64,000 bases of DNA from a virus. Taxonomy: Duplodnaviria > Caudoviricetes. Within the stretch, counting starts at the first letter, position 1; each line of letters begins with the position of its first letter. The notes under the pieces were generated by a model. That model was not told the DNA's origin, searched no databases, and saw nothing but the letters and a program-made list of their open reading frames with translations. Positions 58,601-64,000 of this stretch are shown here, piece by piece. The translations under genes were made by a program, and so were the position numbers. The DNA lies in the IMG/VR virus record IMGVR_UViG_3300031993_006627, positions 32,001 to 96,000 of that record; one strand, written 5' to 3'.

Positions 58601-58910
58601 GAAGGTGTTCGCTGTTAACAACGGCATCATCATCTGGGACACGGTCAATATCCATGCTCCAGTCAGTGACAACGCTCGCGAGGAAGCCCGTCGTCGCATG
58701 TTCCCGGAGCGCAACCTGATAGCCATGAAGAATCGGCAGATCGCTTATAAGCCGGAAAAGGAATACACGCAAGGGCTTTATACCGCGAGTCGCATTAACG
58801 ACAAGTCCACAGTACGCCCCATCTTATTTAAGGATCTGGCTGAAGCTCGTGCGGCCTATCGTCAAGGTCTTATCAACATTGACGACCCCATTGACATCCA
58901 GACAATATAA
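52686..58910 (+). CDS. RNA polymerase beta(C-part)-beta'(N-part) fusion with two inteins
   Basis: beta: SPES..VGL, RLLMG, YEDAVVISE, GDKIAGLHGNKG, KLKH...K.SARG, RFG..E. beta': GLF...IFG, IPVLPP.YRP, GRGVI, NRAPTLH, ADFDG. Confidence 0.92.
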   Translation: MPEEPVTPIQAAKTTMSTIRLVPDKPKKTAADWVRDMRMSPEVNKTTVGVDTASVTGDLLLATSNKLLGISRRKLEPDPKDSLEFQRFYGPAEYFAEHVMRDGNKLGRNILWKATNQGNLDFMPVAALDKHISDVYYDSKLAQMIDGSSPLETVDASYKTTRIGEGGVGDLDSAPEEMRTVQPSFLGFIDSIRSPESFRVGLDVYMTKNVMKGSDGKLYQKFINAHTGKEELVDSETIAKSIVTTPEIMKTKTKSVFAVGGPTGVRIVPRKDVDYYLPRADEAYSLSSNMVTMPSAVIGMRLLMGCLHPETNVFVANERNMVSMVKARYLTGKDQRIPGMNKEYNSLCYGLRNTITKCVPQAKWFKKIVLRSGRVIITSYDHKWPVLVKDEMTLVQARDLRAGDTVFRTTFKDVPNRRTFLNKHIITRDVAFVLGLICRSVYTNHPGSVGFCYPIATDLRVKEAIQYVYRDLTPKQFHITKKDGFRYMTIKCQGLYDFVKQNIGFKPEERRIPSEILSGYADVAAEFINGYTSDETKVGIDCNEDIWVLFIPNMDFRDQLAFLFARMGTDTLYRDASQNGELQIALKINDQPRVFHDMYQDTVKYVWEGPKCPIMVDIDINDNMYAVANGIVTHNSKYPLQAVSLEQREAPLVRTLDEASGKDMAQIAGKFLGARFAPKGGIVSAVRKDRIDVIWDDGSKGAVPLYVNFPMNAKGYINNTPVVKAGQSFSKGDCLAASNYTDKTGTAALGINLRTGWISWKGGTYEDAVVISEEAAKKLTSTTMYNTSVDLDKTVSLGKHNYITWKPAEYTKEQMQQLDDNGIVKPGTVLHKGDPMILAIRTSEPSPGTMGKRILTDLSETWDHDHAGVVTDVVKTRKGVKVYTTVTAPAEVGDKIAGLHGNKGTIAQILPADQMPQTQNGTPLDICFSPLGITSRNNTAQLYEALLAKVAKKTGKTQVVPAFYDGDLYEYVQSKLKEARVHADEDLVDPETGRTIPNILTGYIYTHKLKHLAESKMSARGTGEYAADETPAGSGETKAKRFGSLEIGAMVGHSAFENLRDAKLLRGQSNADFWRSIRTGNIPTMPGEPLVHKKFFAHLIGSGVNVRKSQQGVSAFALSSDDVEELTGPRELKTRDTYETRNFRPIDGGLFGQDIFGINGDKWAYIKLDEPVPNPVMEEPLARLLRMPDKTFIGVATGKTEYNGIRGPLQLKDALANINLETEAKNALQELKNAPVSKKDAALKRYVAIERMRRLGVSPDKYMLDKIPVLPPQYRPISTHNGLTMVADSNYLYAQLLDARDDVREARDLPEEYQQQARETLYKNWKELTGLYEPENKAFKAKHIQGLLKWALGDSPKFSAAQRKIIGIGVDTVGRGVITPNPRIKLNQVGLPEDMAFGIFSPLVERALVQRGYTPVDAIKQVHDKTNQAREILLKVMETHPVLMNRAPTLHKLSIMAFNPVLVSGHALQINPSIVVPFGADFDGNCVDYDSEIFLKISKSQHNISTADFVNCVSNHKNRKDTQDMKTTAESLVTYWSDAENDYLVMKIGDLPRLGNPMKDKNGADCYQVPEGLEVLTCNPSTGTAEWQAINMLTVEEDCDTVKMKLGARDVILSTNESVAVFDHGTGLLTKVTPETAYAEKAMIPVFKQNPLPFGTYAERDLGWLFGAFISDGWMTDRTIGYCKLEKAKRDEFVSILRRYHDNFTVYQYDEDGKANKCKLGKSAKIHINSKTAVDWLSQWKFVDEEAKAKNPDKRTALFKHVPEHLITYGSEEFLWGLFCGLIDGDGSLVKNMSTGKPRFTCRFSTSSVKLKDDICQLCYRLGLRYSVTEIPPRNFSNTAYVVFPSTTDLFSKLDKIQLIGEREKAVLEEWRQSEPSLDRNDIVPITEFEWDCIKSYPEIMSDKGLYSAASKSRKIGRRACREVLYRHLDILKCAAPSLLRRVLNTDTIWMTIDSLDPTGKRQVFDLEVQDTKVFAVNNGIIIWDTVNIHAPVSDNAREEARRRMFPERNLIAMKNRQIAYKPEKEYTQGLYTASRINDKSTVRPILFKDLAEARAAYRQGLINIDDPIDIQTI
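53601..54590 (+). mobile_element. intein 1 (330 aa) in RNAP beta, degenerate LAGLIDADG
   Basis: RLLMG|CLHPET...TSYDHKW...YAVANGIVTHN|SKYPLQAVSL; restores an RALMG.NM..QAVPL-like motif. Confidence 0.88.
57141..58640 (+). mobile_element. intein 2 (500 aa) with LAGLIDADG endonuclease at the RNAP catalytic loop, atypical WD C-terminus
   Basis: ADFDGN|CVDYDS...LFGAFISDG...GLIDGDG...VFDLEV....FAVNNGIIIWD|TVNIHAP. Confidence 0.8.
58093..58117. repeat. 25-bp pseudo-palindromic site, copy 7 (inside intein 2)
   Basis: GATTTTCTACC-TCA-AGTGTAAAATT; 23/25 identical to the reverse complement of copy 6. Confidence 0.7.
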
Positions 58911-58948
58911 CGTAAAGCAAACAACCAGATTCAAATATAGGAGTCAAC

Positions 58949-59926
58949 ATGAACTACTATCAAAGACAGCCGATGTGGCCGCTCAATAAACGCGCAGTTG
59001 CGATCCTCACACCCGAAGCGATGCAGGCAGCTATGCAGCCGCCCCCACAGGACCCCTCGATGATGGGTGGTGCTCCTATGGATCCTTCCATGACCGGCGG
59101 TCAACCTCCGATGGACCCCGCGATGGCCGGTGGCGCTCCAATGCCTCCTCCGCAGGGTGCTCCGATGGATCCCTCTATGATGGGCGGTCAGCCCCCGATG
59201 CCTCCGCAAGGTGCGCCGGCCGGTGGTCTTCCTCCTGAAGCATTGCAGGACCAGATGTTCCTGCAGTTCCTTGCCGAGGCTTTCGGCATCATGCTTGATC
59301 CTCGTTCCGGCCAGTTCTTCGATCAGAACGGTCAGCCGGTTCCTCCCGAACTTCTGGCTCAGGCTTTCCAAGCCTATATGCAGGCGATGCAGCAACTTCA
59401 GATGCAGGGAGGCGGTGCCCCGATGCCTCCGCAGGGTGCTCCGATGGATCCGGCCGCCATGGGTGGTGCGCCGATGCCGCCTCCTGGCGAGATGCCTCCG
59501 ATGGATCCCGGCATGGCCGGTGGTCAGCCCCCGATGGATCCTGCAATGGCCGGCGGCGATCCTGGTATGATGGCTCCTCCGCCGGAAGGTGGCGAGCAGC
59601 CAATGGATCCCATGATGGCGGATTTCGCCAGCATGATCGTCAGCGCCATGGAAGATACCGTCGTCACTCCTCTGAAAGAAGAACTGTCGAACCTCATGAA
59701 GCAGTTCAACGATCTGAAGGAAATGATGAAGACCATGCGGGACGACATGGGCACCATCCGTACTGATGTTGATGCCCAGGAATCCAGAGCGGATGAATCT
59801 TCCATGCTTCGTTCCCAGCTTGCTGAGGAACTCGAACCGACCGTTGAACCAGAGCCGGAAGCTCCGCAGGAAAAACAGGCAGCTCTCCGTCCACTGAACA
59901 TTCTTGACATTCTTGGGAGCAAGTAA
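58949..59926 (+). CDS. Pro/Met/Gly-rich repeat protein with coiled coil (K-x-A at both ends)
   Basis: Repeated PMDPxMxGG(A/Q)P units; NKRAV and EKQAA. Confidence 0.75.
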   Translation: MNYYQRQPMWPLNKRAVAILTPEAMQAAMQPPPQDPSMMGGAPMDPSMTGGQPPMDPAMAGGAPMPPPQGAPMDPSMMGGQPPMPPQGAPAGGLPPEALQDQMFLQFLAEAFGIMLDPRSGQFFDQNGQPVPPELLAQAFQAYMQAMQQLQMQGGGAPMPPQGAPMDPAAMGGAPMPPPGEMPPMDPGMAGGQPPMDPAMAGGDPGMMAPPPEGGEQPMDPMMADFASMIVSAMEDTVVTPLKEELSNLMKQFNDLKEMMKTMRDDMGTIRTDVDAQESRADESSMLRSQLAEELEPTVEPEPEAPQEKQAALRPLNILDILGSK

Positions 59927-59927
59927 C

Positions 59928-60698
59928 ATGACATACACCGAGTCCTACATCAAGAAGACGGCAGTAGAAGAAATGCCGTCCGATTACCAGCTTATTGGCC
60001 AGAAACTGAAGGAAGGTAATTCCGCAGTTTCCAGCGCTATGTCCACGCCTGTTGCAGCGGAAGTCGGCTGGGGTCTTATTGGCGCAGGGCTCGGTGCAAC
60101 TGGTGCTTATTTCCTGTCCAAGAAGCTCAGGCGGGACGCGACAAGGCGTCAGCGGGCTCTTGATATCGTGATCGGAGCCATTACCGGTCTTGCCGGCAGT
60201 CAGCTTATTCTCAGCGGCGGTGCTGATGAGAGCGGTCTTTCTACGAGAGGCCGCATGCGTGCTGATGCTTACCTGGAATCCATCAACAAGGGCGACAGGG
60301 ATCACAATAAGAAATACCCAGTCACTGAGCCGTTTGATCTGAACAAGGGAACCATTGGCGGTGCTGCCGGTGGTGCTTTCACAGGCGGTACGATTGGAGC
60401 CATGTTCGGGAATCTTGATACAGTTATGGCAAACAGAGCTAGTAAGAAACAGATGGCACTTGCCACAGCGCAGGCGGCTTCTGCGAAAATGGCCCCAGAT
60501 AAAGCGGCGGATTACATCAGCCGGTACATGAATCAGGGTCGCGGCCACAATGCTGTTGAAAGAGCTCGCCAGATGGGCAAGGGATTCAATATCGGCGTCG
60601 GAGGCATCATCGGCGGTGCCGGTGGATTTGGTCTTGGTGTTCTTGGCAACATGTACGCCAGGAACAAGGAAATGCAGGAATACGGTGGTGGATTCTAA
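59928..60698 (+). CDS. putative virion protein (Gly-zipper, K-x-A)
   Basis: KKTAVE; several GxxxG-rich helices. Confidence 0.65.
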   Translation: MTYTESYIKKTAVEEMPSDYQLIGQKLKEGNSAVSSAMSTPVAAEVGWGLIGAGLGATGAYFLSKKLRRDATRRQRALDIVIGAITGLAGSQLILSGGADESGLSTRGRMRADAYLESINKGDRDHNKKYPVTEPFDLNKGTIGGAAGGAFTGGTIGAMFGNLDTVMANRASKKQMALATAQAASAKMAPDKAADYISRYMNQGRGHNAVERARQMGKGFNIGVGGIIGGAGGFGLGVLGNMYARNKEMQEYGGGF

Positions 60699-60707
60699 GG
60701 AGTGCAT

Positions 60708-62555
60708 ATGAGAACCACTCTGGGCAGAGAACTCATACGGCAGAAGCTGCCGGACAAATTCAAATCCTATGCGGATCAGGTGCTGGATAAAAAGAAGCTC
60801 ACGGAGCTGATGACAAACCTGGCTCAGTATGATCCGGACGCTTACGTCGACATCCTGCAGGACTTGAATAATCTCAGTCAGACCGTCGTGTCCCTCTATG
60901 GCAGGAACACGGCTTTACCATTTGAGGACATCAAGGTTTCCAAAGGGATCAAGAGCCTGAACGCCCAGCTTCGCGCTGTCGTGGATAATGTTCTGAACGA
61001 CGACCGGCTGACTTCCGAGCAGAAGGAAAAGAAGATCACCGATCTCTGCTACAAATATACCAAGAAGGTAGAGGATGCCGTTTTCGCGGACAATGACCGC
61101 CGGCGCACTGCCTTTGCTTCCCAGATCAATTCCGGTTCCCGTGGCAATAAGACCCAGCTGATGCAGATGCAGTTCGGCAACATGGGTATGAAAGACGCCC
61201 TGAACCGTGATATGCCTTATATGATGATCGACCCGTATGCTCTGGGTGCATCCCCGATGGGATATTGGGTCAGCGCATCCTCCGGCCGAAAAGGTTACTA
61301 CGACGTCCAGGCGGCAACCGGTCAGTCCGGTTATCTTGGCAAACGCGTGACAGCGGCCACCCATGATACCGTGATCTCTGAAGATGACTGCGGTACAACT
61401 GACACTGGTATCCCATATCCTGCGAACGATAGCAAGAACGTGGGTGCTGTGCTTCTTCGCCCCTGGCATAGTTATCCGGCTGGCACAGTCGTGACGGATA
61501 AGATGGTAGGCGAAGCCGATGAGGACGAGGAGATGATCCTGCGCAGCCCGATTACCTGCAAAAGCAAGACGGGTGTCTGTGCCAAGTGCAGCGGCCTCGG
61601 TGAGAATGGTAAGTTCCCTGGAATCGGCGAGTATGTTCCAATGAATGCTGCTCGTTCCTTCGTGGAAGTCATCACCCAGGCTGGGGTTGGAAGCAAACAT
61701 CGCGGGGGTGTTGGCGGACGCAAGGTCGAGGATCCGGAAGGCGAAGATCAGCCTACTGGTTTCCGAGCAGTGGAACGTATGTTCACGACGCCGAAGAATT
61801 TCCCCGGTGGCGCAGTGCTTGCTCCTGTGGACGGCATCGTGACAAACATCGCCAAGGCCGCCCAGGGTGGCAATTATATCACGGTTGGCAGCAAAACCGT
61901 GTATGCTTCTCCGGCTCGTACCGTGAAGGTCAAGGTCGGTGACAAGCTGACTGCCGGCGACATCCTGACGAATGGTGTCCCGAACCCTGCCGAGATCGTC
62001 TCGTACAAGGGTCTCGGAGAAGGTCGCCGGTATTTCACCAACAAGCTGAACCAGGTTCTCAATGACCAGGGCTGGGGAACTGACAGGCGCAACATCGAGT
62101 CCTTCTCCAGAGCGTTCTTGAACAAGGTCGAGATCACTGACCCGGACGGGTTTGGAAACTATCTCCCTGGAGATATCGTGGACTACAGCGGTATTGCCGC
62201 AGAGTGGGAGCCCCGCAAGGATTCCGTGACGACCAAGGCCGACAAGGCCATGAACATGTATCTTGAAAAACCAGTATTGTACTACAGCGTGGGAACACGG
62301 ATTACGCCCGAAGTGGCAAGCACGCTGAAGAAGTACAAATTCGACGACGTTGTCGTATCAGACAAGGAGCCTCCTTTCTCGGCCAAGTTCATGCGGCCGG
62401 CCGAAGCGCTGCAGCACAGCAAGTACTGGCTGCCTCGTTTCGCCGGCGAACGTCTGCGCGACAGCTTGTTCGATGCGGCACAGCAGGGAATCACTGATCC
62501 CTATGACTCACCAAGTTATGTAGACAAAATAGTGGCACAGCCATTCAAACCATAA
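60708..62555 (+). CDS. RNA polymerase beta' subunit, C-terminal fragment
   Basis: SGSRG; bridge helix GRKG..D....T..SGYL.KR; DCGT; RSPITC.....C..C.G; trigger loop AARS..E..TQ.....H.GG. Confidence 0.9.
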   Translation: MRTTLGRELIRQKLPDKFKSYADQVLDKKKLTELMTNLAQYDPDAYVDILQDLNNLSQTVVSLYGRNTALPFEDIKVSKGIKSLNAQLRAVVDNVLNDDRLTSEQKEKKITDLCYKYTKKVEDAVFADNDRRRTAFASQINSGSRGNKTQLMQMQFGNMGMKDALNRDMPYMMIDPYALGASPMGYWVSASSGRKGYYDVQAATGQSGYLGKRVTAATHDTVISEDDCGTTDTGIPYPANDSKNVGAVLLRPWHSYPAGTVVTDKMVGEADEDEEMILRSPITCKSKTGVCAKCSGLGENGKFPGIGEYVPMNAARSFVEVITQAGVGSKHRGGVGGRKVEDPEGEDQPTGFRAVERMFTTPKNFPGGAVLAPVDGIVTNIAKAAQGGNYITVGSKTVYASPARTVKVKVGDKLTAGDILTNGVPNPAEIVSYKGLGEGRRYFTNKLNQVLNDQGWGTDRRNIESFSRAFLNKVEITDPDGFGNYLPGDIVDYSGIAAEWEPRKDSVTTKADKAMNMYLEKPVLYYSVGTRITPEVASTLKKYKFDDVVVSDKEPPFSAKFMRPAEALQHSKYWLPRFAGERLRDSLFDAAQQGITDPYDSPSYVDKIVAQPFKP

Positions 62556-62566
62556 GAGGTAACGAC

Positions 62567-64000
62567 ATGCAGAGTTTGATTGTCCGAAACGGACTCATGA
62601 AGAAAACAGCTGAAGAAGGTCTCTCCTTCGAGCAGCAGTTCGGAATCCTTACCAACTCCCTGATCGTCGAGAAGCTGCCCAGCCTCGACAACATGAAGCT
62701 GGCATTCCAGGTGATCGAGAAGTCCGATGATGATACCAAAGCGTGCGGCGCTGCCGTTTACCTCATTGGGGACAACGTCATCTTCGTGCCCGCATTCTTC
62801 AAGCAGAACAAGATCCAGACTGGCGACATGATGTTTATCGCCCAGACGCAGCAGTTCCTGCCGCTGTCGGATGCCTGGGTTGCGTGGCTGCGTGACAAGG
62901 ATCTCAAGACTCCTGGAAAACTGGTCCCGATGGAAGTGGCTCCGGAAGGTGGCTCCTCCAAAGCGACCACGATCCGTGATATGGCGGATCCGATCACCAA
63001 GACCGCTTCCCAGCAGATTCCTAGACCGTCTGACAAGATTCTTGGACTGTACGTCTGGGAGAAGACGGCTGCTCAGGCGGAAGAACAGATGGTAAAGACA
63101 GTCAATCGCATTGCTCCAGTTTTCATGCGTGGGCTTCTGTATCTTGATCCGGATATGCATAAGACCGCTTCTGATTGCGCCTCCATTCTGGATGTTTCTC
63201 TGCATATGGGCAAAACGGTTGCAGAAAGCATGATCAACAAGATGGTCAAAGATGCGAACTTCCTGAATGCTACGATGGTGTTCTATACGCCAGAAGAAGT
63301 GAACAAGTTTGCCAAGCAGGCAGCGGTCATGGAAGAGGCTGAGAATACTCCTACCGTGGAGCTCATCCTCCCGCTGACCAAGGAAGCCAAGACGCTCAAT
63401 GCCCAGGAACTGAAAGCTCTGCACAAGGATGGGTTCTTCATCCGCAAAGTTGCCGATGTCTCCATGGGTGAATCCCCGGATGTTATCCGCAAGAAACAGC
63501 TCGACGGCATGTTCCGCGTTCTGAATGGACCGGGTAAAGCCGGCCTGCTCAAGGTGAACGGCTCCATTTCGAAGCATGTGGTTCTCCCGCTGATCGACAA
63601 CAGGGAGCCATGGCGCCAGTGCATCCGCTCTGCAAATATCCCGGCGAATCTCGCCATGCACCAGAATCACATGGTCGTCATTACCGACGGCAAGTACACT
63701 GAACTTCCCATCGACGTTATGCACAACCAGGAGGAGTTCGAGGAGTGGAAGCCGGAGATGGCTGAAGGCATCGGCAAGGTTCTCAAGAATACCAACTTCA
63801 AGCAGGTTGGCTGGCATGACATCGTTCTGGTTCCATCCTCCGGTTATGCTTACTGTGTCCCGGATACCTGCTGCGATGGTCCGATGATTTACAGCGTGGC
63901 GGCGGAAGATGCCGGGCTGAAAGCACCGATCATCACGATGTCTTCTGTGGTCGTCCCATACGGCAGCCACCTCATCGAACAGAAGGGTGCGCGTGTGGAG
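62567..64000 (+). CDS. 3'-truncated putative virion protein with multiple K-x-A motifs
   Basis: MQSLIVRNGLMKKTAEEGLSFEQQF...; appears open to the window end (not in the ORF track). Confidence 0.75.
   Translation, partial: MQSLIVRNGLMKKTAEEGLSFEQQFGILTNSLIVEKLPSLDNMKLAFQVIEKSDDDTKACGAAVYLIGDNVIFVPAFFKQNKIQTGDMMFIAQTQQFLPLSDAWVAWLRDKDLKTPGKLVPMEVAPEGGSSKATTIRDMADPITKTASQQIPRPSDKILGLYVWEKTAAQAEEQMVKTVNRIAPVFMRGLLYLDPDMHKTASDCASILDVSLHMGKTVAESMINKMVKDANFLNATMVFYTPEEVNKFAKQAAVMEEAENTPTVELILPLTKEAKTLNAQELKALHKDGFFIRKVADVSMGESPDVIRKKQLDGMFRVLNGPGKAGLLKVNGSISKHVVLPLIDNREPWRQCIRSANIPANLAMHQNHMVVITDGKYTELPIDVMHNQEEFEEWKPEMAEGIGKVLKNTNFKQVGWHDIVLVPSSGYAYCVPDTCCDGPMIYSVAAEDAGLKAPIITMSSVVVPYGSHLIEQKGARVE

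Noticed and set aside
57136-58637. Group I intron as explanation for the catalytic-loop insert (RNA splicing would restore DFDG-D-T)
   Set aside because: The 5' exon would not end in U, I saw no intron core, and the insert is fully in frame with intein blocks. It is not favoured, but RT-PCR is needed to exclude it.
59040-59620. DNA repeats as a possible CRISPR or VNTR array
   Set aside because: They are degenerate in-frame codon repeats of a Pro/Met/Gly peptide, with no fixed repeat-spacer structure.
1-64000. Stop-codon recoding, tRNAs, DGR or reverse transcriptase
   Set aside because: Genes tile densely in code 11 with TAA, TGA and TAG stops. I saw no cloverleaf, RT motif or TR/VR pair.

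Overview
A 64-kb segment of a large (jumbo-type) dsDNA bacteriophage genome, almost entirely + strand, standard genetic code; I saw no tRNA, rRNA or CRISPR array. The left half (1-36 kb) is mainly accessory/early genes. It includes DUF7666-like paralogs, stand-alone AIDA-like beta-helix proteins, a patatin-like phospholipase, a tandem expansion of 13 small zinc-ribbon genes and tail-fibre/adhesin-like genes. It also carries a LigD-type phosphoesterase-ATP ligase fusion, a ferritin-like protein, a MYG1-family protein, HNH endonucleases and promoter-gene-terminator cassettes. The right half (36.6-64 kb) is a virion/structural block: a probable portal, many glycine-zipper proteins with K-x-A motifs, and a multisubunit RNA polymerase split into three genes (beta-N; beta-C fused to beta'-N with two inteins; beta'-C). 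Five observations stand out. (1) An intein sits exactly at the third catalytic Asp of the RNAP with N/D-swapped junctions (ADFDGN|C...WD|T) and an internal promoter/RBS. (2) A 25-bp pseudo-palindrome recurs about every 7 kb regardless of gene boundaries. (3) A pervasive K-x-A motif marks putative virion proteins, including the RNAP and ferritin. (4) The zinc-ribbon array resembles TFIIS/TFS ribbons. (5) There are two phage-specific promoter-like motifs. All family assignments are from motif recognition by eye, not database searches.
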